The notes below the pieces were generated by a model. That model searched no databases and was not told where the DNA came from. It worked only from the letters and a program-made list of their open reading frames with translations. A DNA stretch of 62,004 bases, the filler included, from Sphacelaria rigidula (Eukaryota), in assembly GCA_964200075.2 (NCBI GenBank). It is 9 parts of 9 records of this genome, joined end to end, with 100 filler letters (N's around TTAATTAATTAA, not from the genome) between each part and the next. Parts side by side here need not be neighbours in the genome. Positions count along the whole stretch, not along the records: positions 41,406 to 48,205 come from CAXNAA020018018.1; positions 48,306 to 55,105 come from CAXNAA020018019.1; positions 55,206 to 62,004 come from CAXNAA020018020.1; 6 more parts are not named here. One strand, written 5' to 3'. Made by a program: the position numbers and the translations under genes. Positions 46,224-57,922 of this stretch are shown piece after piece. The number at the start of each line of letters is the position of its first letter. Positions within the stretch are counted from its first letter, which is position 1.

Positions 46224-47705
46224 TTGCGGCATGTTGTTTTTGATATATCTGGCGATGGTTGGACATCCACTGTAATCGGTAGATTGAGATCCATCTTGAT
46301 CAGATACTCTGAGCGATTTTCTACTGCACCCTTGGATTTAGGTCGATGTACCACGACACCGTTTAAGATCAAGATTCCTGATGGCACTCCGCCTATCGCT
46401 ATGCGTCCGTACCGTACGAACCCCCTCATAGCGGATAAGATCCAGGTAATTCTCGATGGTTACTCTTATCTGCCGGTTTCATTCGGCACTCGACGTCTCC
46501 GTGGGCCTCGCCTTTAGTAGTCGTCCGTAAGAAGAATGGCAAAATCAGACTGACGGTCAATTATCGACGATTGAACGCTGTCACCAAAATCGCCCGGCTG
46601 CCAAATTCACGGATTGATGAAGTTACAAACTCTCTTGACGGGGGTATAGTATTTTCGAACTTTGACATGCAGTCCGACTACCACCAACTCGTGATGGATC
46701 CAAATTTCATTGAGCGGACAGCGTCTTGCACGCCATCAGGTTTGTACGAGTGGTTGGTTACACCACAAGGTGACGCCGGAGCTCCAGGTGCGTAAGAAGC
46801 ATGTGATGTTTCGTGTAACTGATGGATTGCCCAAATGCCATATGTACCTTGATGATGCCGTGTGCCACGACTCCACACCGGCTGAACAATTCGAACAGTT
46901 GACCTCATTCTTCAATCGGTTTGAACAACACAACTTGAAACTCGCACCCTCCAAATCCCGCATTGGCGCCACAAAGATTGAGTTCTTGGGTCATTGCATC
47001 ACCCCCAAAGGTCGTAGGCAAGCAACAAATGAGTACGCCCCCCCCCCCAAAGGTCGTAGCTCAAACCTCGACAAGGTCGCCGCACTCTCCGATATGCCCA
47101 TGCAACGGGACATTTCTCAACTGCGTTCCTTGTTGGGAGGTCTAAGCTACTACAGACCGTACTTGCCAAACCTTGCCCGAAAGCTTAAACCCCTCACCAC
47201 CCTCCTCAAAAAAGGGGTGAAATTTGTGTTCACATTGGAAATGGAAAAAACAGTCCGCTGCCTCCTTGACGCTCTTTCGCGCCCGCCGATTCTCGTCTTC
47301 CCCGACTGGTCGGCCGCGGAGCAGGGTTTCCGCCCTTTCCGGCTCCACACAGATTCTTCCAAAGTTGGGTTTGGCTGCACATTAGAACAGGAGCAAGTCG
47401 ATGCTACTGTTCGTCTCATTGTCTATCTGAGTCGCACCACTTTTCCGAATGAACAGAATTGGCCTGTCATGGAACAAGAGGCCGGCGCAGTTGTTTGGGG
47501 CGTGCGACGTCTGCGTCAGTATTTGTATGACATCCCGTTTTCGATTTATACCGACCACAAGTCTTTGGAAAGCCTTGCCAAAATGGCGGAACACGACGCT
47601 AGGATCCAACGCTGGTTCGAAATCCTGTCGTCTTACAACTTTCAACTGAAGTACCGCACAGGTCCCCAGAACGCAAACGCCGACTTCCTGTCACGCTTGC
47701 CCACA
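46224..47705 (+). pseudogene. Gypsy reverse transcriptase-RNase H, broken by frameshifts/stops
   Basis: Motifs are split among ORFs 46224-46517, 46571-46795 and 46710-48257. Confidence 0.92.
47018..47043 (+). mobile_element. 26-nt 5'-truncated retroposon insertion with 16-bp TSD
   Basis: CCCCCAAAGGTCGTAG (47002-47017) - GCAAGCAACAAATGAGTACGCCCCCC - CCCCCAAAGGTCGTAG (47044-47059). The insert equals the 3' end of the repeat at 20704, 27605 and 61949. Confidence 0.88.
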
Positions 47706-50599
47706 CCAGCTCAACCTATCGACGACTCCGCCATGGGACGTATCACCGATCCCACCGAAGATATTGTATATTTCATAAGCAGGAATGGACGTAGAGGTCT
47801 CTACACACCACTTTCACTGAGAGAAACGCCGGCTTTAGGTATGGGTGGGCTGACGACCACAGCCCACGCATCAGTTCTAGGCAGCTTGCAACCTCAATCG
47901 TTGTACTCAGTTTGGAATGGACTGTCTACGAATACTGTTGGCTACGATGATTTTCGTGCAACTGGCCGACGCATGGTTTTCGCAGCAGGTGTAGAACCGT
48001 CCTTTGCTGACTCCGCCTTACCAGTTCAAGTTCGAGATTTGATTTCGAGTAGAACTCGTGGACGGCGGACCGCCGAAACGGCCACCAAATTAGCCGGATC
48101 CGGTCCTGACCTTCCCCCCCCTGCCCCCACCCCGGTCCCCGATAGTTTCCTTGCGCCCCCGCAGCCTCCGCGACGCAAGGCCCCCAGGAAATCGACCCCG
48201 ACCGTNNNNNNNNNNNNNNNNNNNNNNNNNNNNNNNNNNNNNNNNNNNNTTAATTAATTAANNNNNNNNNNNNNNNNNNNNNNNNNNNNNNNNNNNNNNN
48301 NNNNNAAATCAAATCGGACACAGTTAAGGGCTCGTATAAACATGACGGACTTTACTTATGGGACAGAGGAAGTATATTATTATTCATCCTTGAACAATCT
48401 TTAGTCAATTAATGTATTCTATTGAGTACAGAATTTTTTTTCCTTTGAATGTGGAGCGGTACAAGTACCTTGACATCCCCAATGTGATGAGCGGTGGCAA
48501 GCGAAAGAGCCTAAGAAAATTGCCAATTACGCAGAAATTACAAAATGGAAAGTTCAGGCGGCTACTGATCTGCATCTGTTGGCGACAACGGGTGGTGCTA
48601 TACAGTACAATTGGTGTGTTCCGACAGATAGTCCGAAAATATGAATAGAAGTAACTTGGGCAGGTAAACCTTGTTGAAATTATATCGGACGCTCAATTCT
48701 ACCGTTTTGGAGGGGTAGGTTACCTCAGGTTTCGGCCGGGGAGTCTTTTTTTTTTAAAGGCGACACATGGAAGTGTTGCGCCTGGTTTAGTGCCTCGTTT
48801 TCACCACCCCTTCAAGGAAAAATACACGGTGCGGTCAGCAGACGCAACAAAGCATTCAAGGATGATCATATTGGCCTTCAACCGTAGCCGATGCTTATGA
48901 TTACCTCCTTCAAACACTCGGGATCAAATCTCCACAAGCTGAGGATCGACCCCAACAACTGGCAAACAGATAATTCCGTCGTACAAGTGCGATGGCCATT
49001 TCCCCTTCTGGAAGCCAAACACGATCGCAAGAACTCCTGTTGTATTGAGTAGCATACTTCACCTCGCACAAAAGTAGGGCATACTAGCAGGTACTGTTCA
49101 ATGTTAAGCTGTGCTCGTAGCCTCATAAAATGAAATGAGTGTGCTAACCGATGTGTTATCTTCACCCTGGCTTACTCATTGACGGCAACAGTGTATCACG
49201 CTGAAACCCCATACACTGGTGCGTATGTGTCGTGTACATTGCGAGTTGAGTTGTCTCATCGGGTACTGTGTGAGTAGAGATGTAATGAAATCTGTTCCGG
49301 GTGGGTGTTCAAGCATACAAAATGCGGCTGAAAAGTTCGCTGAAAGCAACATTACGACAGGGATTTCGCCGACATGGCCCTCGCTGGCGATTCCAAGCTC
49401 TCTGGGCCTTGTACCACGCTTCCGATCCACGTTTTTGCTGTATGTTTCACTTGAGGCAGATTTCACGTCGATTGTGTGCTTATTTGAAATTTACGTTGTG
49501 TGACCCGCCTTCTTTCGTGCCTGAAAGTCAACACAACACTGTACAGTCAGCGTTCTATGCGGACTGTTTCTTGAAGCTGAGTCAAGTAGGCTTCGACGTC
49601 TCAGTATCTTGGAAGTTGTCCAACTTTTGCTGCGGTGTTACATTTGTGGCATGGATATATCCCCGTCAAACGTTGTCCATTTCAATTCTTGTGGATTGGA
49701 CATAGCGTGCATATTTTTCTTGTTTCTGGAGGTTGGATAGCGGAGAAGATTTCTGCTTTTGATGTCGTTGCAGCAGTATTCATAACGTGGCTGCCTAGGC
49801 ACAGTTCATGGGCTGTACTGAAGTCGAGTCATGAGGGATTTTGAGCCATTTTTTAAAAACAAAACCGAACTTCAGCCAAGGGTTTAGTTGACGAGGCTCG
49901 TGTATACCCGCCATGTCTCTTGCGATAGAACGATCACGTTTTTGCGAGTATATGCGTTACCTCTATTAGATAGGAAGCGGTGTAGCACAAGAGCAGCAGT
50001 CGCAATCCCTCGCAATACCACGAAGGTGGTCCATGCGAGAGGGTTGATAAAACACCTAAGCAGCGACAAACTCCGCTCTCCCTCGTCCCACCCCACCTCA
50101 TTTTTCTTCAAAGCCTTGATTACACGTTGCCCTGATATATGTCGTACATTTCAATCGCTCTTACAAGCGGTTATACTCGCTGCTGTAGTTGCTGTCAACA
50201 TATGGCCGTCAAGTATGCAGCGTACAGCCCGAAACCCGCGATTTCCGTCATCATCTACGAAATACAGAGGCGTTCGGAAGTACGTCAAAAAAACAATACA
50301 TGGCCGGCGCAACACTGCAGGGTCTGACCCCCGTAAATGATATGATGCAAAAAAATTGAAGACATCGTGTCGTCACGCGCGGGTGCTTCAAAGTTTATGG
50401 ATTCCTCCAAAATCTTGAATCAAGCTGTCGTCGTCAATCTTGTGAACTATTTCTTACCCTTCGCGTCACTTTGGACCAAAAAGAGCAGTCCAAAGGGAGT
50501 TGAGTCGGTTGGTGCGTTGAGGCCGATGGTCGAGCTTCGGCGTTCAAAAATAGTCTTTGGCAGGGCCCGCGGCGGTCGGCTTTCTCCTAGTTTTTGCTG

Positions 50600-52000
50600 C
50601 AGGGTCTGCTGTTGTTGGCTTCGACAATGGTAGCTCTATCCCAGATACCACCGGCATGCAAATGTCGGTTGAAACAGTAGTACCATACGATGCAAAACCA
50701 CATACGTGCTGAGGGCATCATCATGATGGTGTGTTGATATTTCCAGTTACTGGTGTCTGAAAGAGCAGTACACCCTGTGCGCCGCTGTGCACAAGGAGTA
50801 CCTCGTGCATACGTCGTGTTTCTGTTGGCGTGCTCCTCGAAATCCACATGACTTATGATCGTGAATATCAAGGTACACTTATCCATAATGTATTTTTGAA
50901 CGTACCCCATGATCAAAACCAAAGCCGTATTCTTTTTGATTCCGAACAACTTGTTCACTACAGACTCCGTTCGATCGCACATCTGCCAGTCTGTACTGAC
51001 ATGGTGCCCAAAAAATGCATTTCACTGCCGTGTGCAAATATTGTGTGGGTGTCTAGTGTCATGGTTGCTTACACGGTACAGTAAAGTGGGTGTACACAGC
51101 TCTCACATCATGAATCCTGATGGACGGAGTGCTATGGACTTGGTACTTTGACTTTTGTTCACGCGTACGTGTGTAATGGTCTGTGAGGCTACTCATGACA
51201 AGATTGGTTCAGATTTGGGACAAGAAGTTTCTGCCAATTGTTAGGAGCGTCTGTCATATCAGACATGTTGTGCTTTTGTAGTGATGTGTCGCACGGTGTG
51301 TTCTCCACCATCGGACGTGCACGAAAGCCAAGCTGGTGCTATATTCGTTTATTATGCTTCAGTCATGCCCTGTGGTGAAGTCGCACAGAATCAAAGCGCC
51401 ATGCTTCAGTGCGCGATCATCAAAGCTTTGCATTTCCCGTTGATCGAAAGTGTGATGCACGGTGAGGCAAAACGCCAGCTTTGTTCGTCTTGTTTGCTCA
51501 TCTTCACGCAATGACACGCTGATGTGCATTTAAAAAGTATCTCGTAGTTGAGCGGGCGACAAACGTTGATGGTGGAGTAGCAAGAAGGTCAGATGAACTC
51601 ACGACCGAGCCGTTTTCGGAAAATGTGAGTTGGTTACCCAGCACACGCGAGAAAATGTGAAAAGGAAAAGCATGAAACGCCCTCACCGCTAGGCAGCGAA
51701 AACTGTGTCCTCTAGAAAACTCATGCTCTCCACGAAGCTGGAAGAGACTCCTTCAAAAGCGGCCGCTGCGTATACTATTCTATAGGAGGGGTCAATCACA
51801 ATTATCAGTCGAGGGCACATGACTGTTTCAGACTTGACCGTGTTGGGAACACACACTTCACGTCTCTCACAGCAGTTCATCGACTGTAAGTCCGTTTCAC
51901 TGGAAGTACAAAGGGGCGAATGAGCTACGTCCACGTACGCCCTTTTCTGTTGCTAAATTGTAGGAAGTACTGTGCAACCGTCAGAGCATTGTGAAATCTC
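50600..52000 (-). mobile_element. Degenerate Mutator-like (MULE) transposase remnant with SWIM-like zinc finger
   Basis: Fragments appear in the expected order: VCVPNTVKS...CPRLIIVIDPSYRIVYAAAAFEG (DDE first-Asp region), HFLGTMS...RTESVVNKLFGIKKNTAL (catalytic Glu region, R.ES.N), then WKYQHTIMMMP..R.MWF / LLFQPTFACRWYL (SWIM-like). Multiple stops and frameshifts. Confidence 0.55.
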
Positions 52001-54129
52001 GTTTTTTACGCTCGAATTTCGTGTGGTGAGGAAAAATCTGTACCTGTCTGTGCTTCGAGAGATGACAGATTTGCGGCGCAAATTTTGCGAACATAACTGA
52101 TCATGTCATCATATGTGAAAAAGAAGAGGTGAAGCGGGTGTTGCCTTAGCGCAACAATCTTCTTATCCACGAAGCCGTTAGCCAAATGGCCACTGCCCAG
52201 CCAACTTTCGGGGCGTGTGTTGGCGAAGAAAATAAAACGTTTCTATACCGACTTCGATATTTGTGCGGGGTCCAGCACTGGCAGCGAAATTGCTTCACAG
52301 ACGAGATTTGGACCCATAACCACCAACAGCTAACGAACCATAGCCGATCCAAGGGTTGTGGTTCAGATCCTGACCCTTAAGAGTTGCACTGTCCTCCAAA
52401 ACTTCACATAGGACAGCTCTTACTCCACCGCATCATGTGCTTGTTTTGGCTTCAATTCGTCAGCAAGTGAGGTTAGAATGATAGTCCTTCGAAAACCGCA
52501 CGACCCACTGGTGTCAAGAGTGCACACTGTAGGGGTGTAAAGGCCACACAACTGTTTGTACACATCGTTGAGCTCGCTCAATACGAAACAAAATGCGCTC
52601 CATTACAGCACCCCGTGCTCTAGTGGAGTCAGACTGTTCGTGGATGTATGCGCGTTCTGTTGTAGGCGTCTGTACGAGATGCCGCGTGCCCTGAACTGAC
52701 GGGCAAGCGTGTACATCTCTTCTGACTCTGACGTCCGATCAAGTTTGCACTGGCATCCAGACACGCTTCTGACGCCTCCTTTTTGATGAATTCAGTCATT
52801 TGAAAGATTTTGAGGTGTCGTGAATCTCACATGGGCTGTGAATATCGAAAGCAGTTTCGTTGCTCTTCAGATAATCGGGCGGATCACGTTATTCGATGAA
52901 AAACATTTTTCATTATTCTTGTTTGCCAAGACACGCCCTCACCCTGTCGTAACAGACGTCACGCCTTTCGTCCGGTAACCGCCTGCTTTGAACTATGGGT
53001 ATTTTCTCAGGGGATTGCCCTTCTTCTACAATCGGCGCACGGGGAAGGCCATATGTGGCGCAACAACTTGGGATAACTTCAAAAAATGGTGAGCACCCTT
53101 GAGGACACCACAGAAATGCTCATCCCGATTTTTTCCGAACTACGCATGTCTTTGTTTTCAACGGACATGTCAACACGGGTGGGTAGATGGTGAGATCTAT
53201 CAGAGCGGACGGGAATAGCTGGCAGTTTTTTTCCATGTTCACAATTTCTTGATTCGCGCGTGGTACTCGTCGATGCTCTGCCCACCTCCCCTTACTTGAC
53301 GCAGGGCTTTAGACGGAAATTGTGAGACATTCCTTCCTCCATCGTCAGACGAAGAAGAACGCCGCACGATAAGAAAACGGCAGAGAAAACCGAGGAAAGA
53401 GGTGAATATGTTCATGTCCAGAAATCACCTCATGTGCAACAATGCATTGATCAAATTGATCAGATCCTGGTGAAACCGTTTTCTCACAGAGTTTGCTTTG
53501 GTTGGCGTCGTCAAGCGATAGTGATGCATTCTTCCGTTGAGCGGCGCGACCATGTCATCGTGTTGTAGAATTATATACAATTACCGGTGAGGTTTCCTCT
53601 AGTTGCCAGCCTGTTGTCTTGCTATCTTCATCGCGGATGTCCTCACCGTGTGCACGTCACGTCTCACTTTATCCAGGTAACCTCGGGAAGCAAATCCACG
53701 CGGTGAGGCGCAGCGTATGCCGGCGATGATCGATTAAGGGGAATGTCAGTCACGACGGCTTGCTTCAAGCTACATCTCATGCCCATCCACGGAAACGCCA
53801 CCTGCGTGTCTCCTTACGGCGTGTCTTGGCACTTTTTTTTTTCGATCGAAAAATGGGGCGGTGGAATCGATTTTGCGAAAAGTTCTTGTTTTGATGCAGT
53901 TGGGCCCGGATGAAGTTTCAAGCATTCGATCCAAAAAAAAATGAAAGTCGTGAAACGGTACATGGTCTCTCATATACAGTACAGACAGTCTGTATTGTCT
54001 GCACTACTTGCAAGCTACTTGCAAGCAGTTGGTGCGCGTGTGCGTGTGTCGTACAGGAGGGTGTAATAAAGAAGCGGGCAACATGCAGTGCAGACAGCCC
54101 AGGACCATCAGTTCTCTCTGCTTACACTG

Positions 54130-54423
54130 TGTGTTGTCGTCCCATCTATTCTGGACGCCGGTCTACACCTCTCGGTATATGTGGGCGCACCAGCCGGGGT
54201 CACACAAGAGGAAGGTCAACACTGAAGTTTTTTTTTTATTTGTTTTTCATACCCCACCTTCCTTCTGCGGTGCTTGCCTTTATTTTTTTATCGCGAGAGG
54301 GGTTCAGCAGTCCCTTTCGCTCGTCAACCGTTAAGTCGAATTTTGTGTACCGATGACATAGTCGCTCTCCACTGTTGGGCATGATGTGGGGAAAAATCCC
54401 AGATCGCTCCGAGATTCGAACCC
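54130..54423 (-). mobile_element. 5'-truncated tRNA-derived SINE-like insertion
   Basis: Starts at a B-box (GGTTCGAATCTC) and ends in a CAACACAC-like tail. It interrupts a repeat whose contig-6 homologues lack it. Confidence 0.55.
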
Positions 54424-55295
54424 ACATGAAGAGGACTTCAGCATCGTGCAGTTTTGTACTGCCTGCTCTGTCCATAAGCATGCACGCAACTCTCGATTGC
54501 CCACCGTACGACGCAGTTCCGTCACTGATGCCTACCATGAGAGAATATGCGCAAGTTTTCGCCAACAAAAAATGAACAAAACATACCAAATTACTGCAGG
54601 GTATCTATCCCTGTGCTCAACTCGTACTCAATGCTGCAGGGTTGCGGTGGTAGCTGAGAATGAGTTGGATGGAGTTTGCATGGTTGTGTGAACAGGTGTT
54701 ATTTGGCGTGGTGGTCTGTAAGATAGGAGTCAAGCGCCGCTTCTTGCCTTTCGACTGCATGTCTTTGATCGAAGAGGATCCTTTTTTTACTCGAATATTT
54801 TTTCTCTGTGCGCCGCTAATTACAGGCTGGTGAACCGAACAAAATCGAAAAACACTCATCAGCAAAACTTCACGCCGTTTTTAAGAGTTAAACTCTGAAA
54901 TTTTGCACAGATGTTCTATGGGTCATTACGCAACTTTCCAAGGTCGAGTTTTCATTATACTTCAGGAATTTTTCACCGTTTTTCCGGGGTCCCAGTTTCG
55001 GGGAAACTTTGATTCAGTCGGACCCTCGTGAAACGGCTAGAAAAAAAATGGGCAATGGCCTAGAAAAGGTATACCTTCTCGTTTTTTGCCTAAGAAAGGT
55101 TCGAANNNNNNNNNNNNNNNNNNNNNNNNNNNNNNNNNNNNNNNNNNNNTTAATTAATTAANNNNNNNNNNNNNNNNNNNNNNNNNNNNNNNNNNNNNNN
55201 NNNNNCGCCCCCGCCCCCGTCTCCATTCCAGGATAAGGGTTATATGGGGAGTAATGGAACCAAGTAGGGTTCAAATCACGTTTTGTCTCGTGAGC

Positions 55296-55610
55296 AGTAG
55301 AGTTTACCGGCGTTGGGCTACAAAAGTCCATGGTTGATATGACTTGATTTGAGGGTGAACAACTAGTATCGGAATTGTAGTTGGGCTGATAGCCCCGTGT
55401 GCTCCTCGCGTGCGCAGAACGCGTTTTCGTTGAAACCGGCGCCGATTTGGGGTCTACCAAGGCCGCACTTTGCCTGGGGAACGTATGTATCGTCCTTGCC
55501 CGAGGGTTCTCGGTATACGCTGGGTTAGGGTTAGTGTTAGGGTTGGGGGTAGCGGTACTTGTGAAGTTGTGTCAACCATGGGCATTTGTAGCCCAACGGC
55601 GGCAAACTAG
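55296..55610 (+). mobile_element. TIR element carrying telomere-like TTAGGG tract
   Basis: About 38-bp inverted ends (55301-55338 vs 55571-55608, 33/38 identical); internal gggttagggttagtgttagggttgggg. Confidence 0.75.
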
Positions 55611-55887
55611 CCTCCTCGTGAGAGAGGGATTGTTGGACTCCCAGGAAAGAGTTTTCCGAGAAGGTCATGTGCGTGTAGAAAACGTCAAAATGCATTGTGT
55701 ACTGGAATTTCTTCGAACCGTATTCTGATCTCTTGTGAAAGAATAGAAAACTGGGCGGCAACTTGTATCCTGAGATTTGCTACCAATTTAGAAGTGGTCA
55801 GATGAACAACAGCTTCACAGAGGAACAAAACGAGGCTACTGAGCAACACTGAACGCGACGATTGTATGGACGCCCCCCTCCCCTCCA

Positions 55888-55995
55888 CGTTGACTGCGAG
55901 CCTTGTCCGACGAAAACCCAGCGTGATGTGTCCCTGCTTTGTAGGGATACGAGGTCAATGGCCTCATGACCACGGCATGAAATATCCCGAGTACA
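55888..55995 (-). repeat. Dispersed repeat shared with about 19258-19363
   Basis: Shared core ATCCCTACAAAGCAGGGAC....CACGC.GGGTTTTCG.CGGAC.AGGCTCGCA. Confidence 0.75.
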
Positions 55996-56616
55996 TCACC
56001 CGGTGCATACCCGACGCTTTATTGGTGATAGCATACTGGAACAGCTGTACGCACCCCGTCGATTGCCGTCAAACAAAGTCACTTGCTACTCGTGTCCTCC
56101 CCTCTTCAACCGCGGATTTATTTTTCAGAAACTTGTGCGCTGCCCCCCTTTTCGCCCAGCAGCTTCCAAACGTCTTGGCGGCAGAAGGCTTTGATGCACC
56201 TTGATGACATCACAGAACGATCGGTCGTGTGTGTTGGGGGGGGGGGGGTTCATACGTGGAACGAAATGCGGATCTTCCTTTTTTATTCGGTGACTTCTGG
56301 CGATCCGATCGACTTCTCCAGTACGCGTTTTTTGTTTTCTAGTTCATACGAAGTATATTTTTGCGTGAACAGAGGCAGGAAGGTGAGTGACACAGGCTGC
56401 ATGCATTCACACGCAGCTGTTCATTTTCTTTTTTTTTGTAACTTGCCGATCGTGGTGAAGCTTGTTCATCTCGAAGTGTTTGATGTTTTTTACATTTTCT
56501 TCCTTGATTGTCGATCATTTGTTTTTGTTCGACTTCGTTGTTGTCTCCCCATTTATGTAATTTGCCCCGCTCCCCTCCTCCTCCCCATTTTTTCTTTTTC
56601 TCGTTATATTTCCCAG

Positions 56617-56696
56617 GCTCCGTGGACGGGCAAGGTGTCCCCTAAGAAGACCAACATCTATACACTCATTCAAATCGCCTGCCTGGCATCCATGAT
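56617..56696 (+). CDS. SLC4: Internal exon of an SLC4-family (band 3/BOR-type) bicarbonate/anion transporter, near the C-terminal TM segment
   Basis: Strong polypyrimidine tract with CAG acceptor and gtgagt donor. APWTGKVSPKKTNIYTLIQIACLASM resembles the SLC4 motif V...(K/R).H.FT.IQ..CL. Confidence 0.68.
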
Positions 56697-57273
56697 GTGA
56701 GTAACCTTCCTTCCCTCCTCTGATCATGATCACTGGGTGGTGCAAGGGATGCCTACGGTAGGAACTGAATATAGGTACCCTTCGAACGTGCTGCATGCAG
56801 TGCTGCTATCACATCTGGAATCCTCAGGTCGGAAAAAAAATGCGGGTTTGATTCCCGATACATTAGGTTGCGATTGAGTTTTTTTTTCTGGAGGATGTCT
56901 GATGCTCGCCGTCAACATCGCGAGGATGTGACAGTGCAGTAGCGAAATGGGTTCTATGTAATGAGAAGAGTCGAGACGGTGCGGGGTCAGCACGTGCTGG
57001 TCCAATCCGCAAGACAAAAGTGTGAGACGTGAAAAGTACCAGGGTAGAGATGGTTTGATCCCCTGAGAGCGCGGGCTCTTTCCGAGGAAGGTGAGGCATT
57101 TAGCGTTGAAAGTCCGTCAAAAAAAGATTACGTGTGTAGGCTCGTTTAGTAGGGTATTGTCGTATCCAGTCTCGATGCGCACCTCGTAGAAGATAGTATG
57201 AACGAACTCCAAGATATGAGCCAAGTTCATGGCGCATCGAAAAAAGATAATCCGAGGGAATGAAAGGTACTGA

Positions 57274-57734
57274 GGCCGCTCCTTATAACAGACAAGAATA
57301 CAAATCTGGAAAAGTGTCTTTCTGAAGATTTTACGTTGCTTTACGCCGCGAGAGAGCTAGGTGGAGTTTGACACCTTGGAATGACTTGCTGTAGTAGTTG
57401 AGGCGGTTTTAGGACATCTTGCCGTTTTCCGGTGGCCGCAGTTTTTATTTTGGCCAAACACAATTTTGTCCAAGAACGTGAAGAGAGTCAAATCTAGAGG
57501 AATCGCACTTTTCTCTGGACTTCACTGTTTTTTACCGTTCTTGGACAAAAAATCGTGTTTGGCCAAAATGAAAACTGCGGCCACCGAAAAACGGCAACAT
57601 GTCCTGGAGCCGCCTCAACTACTAGAGCAAGTCATTCCAAGCCGCCTAGCTCTCGTTCGGGGCGTAAAACGACTCAATAGCTCAAAAAAGATACTTTTCC
57701 AGATTTTTATTCTCGTCTGTCATACGGAGCGGCC
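57274..57734. mobile_element. Foldback PIF/Harbinger (Tourist-like) MITE, 461 bp, TGA TSD
   Basis: TGA|GGCCGCTCC...GGAGCGGCC|TGA; the arms are complementary over most of the length. Confidence 0.85.
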
Positions 57735-57922
57735 TGAGGAGGGTGGTAATATACAACATGCCCCTGAACAATATGCTGAAGATACTGGCATGATGCCCAA
57801 AGCAGTCCAAACGTCATCACTCCGCGGTTCTGTTCAGGGGGTGGTATACCACGTACCGGTGGTACACACCGCTATTTATATTCCTATTTGTATTGGTCGT
57901 ATTTCATTTTTTGTATACTGTA

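Larger units (their letters stand above)
41406..48205 (+). mobile_element. Ty3/Gypsy LTR retrotransposon internal region (gag-like, protease, RT, RNase H), inactivated; LTRs and integrase outside the contig
   Basis: Gag-like ORF 42082-43713 with a decayed Zn knuckle (YLNCG...HSMRTC). Protease ALPDSGS near 45310. RT motifs RPYR, R.TVNYRRLN, DM.S.YHQ, GLYEW, YLDD (near 46845), FLGH. RNase H motifs LHTDSS, EQEAGAV, YTDHKSL, NANADFLSR. Contains stops and frameshifts. Confidence 0.95.
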
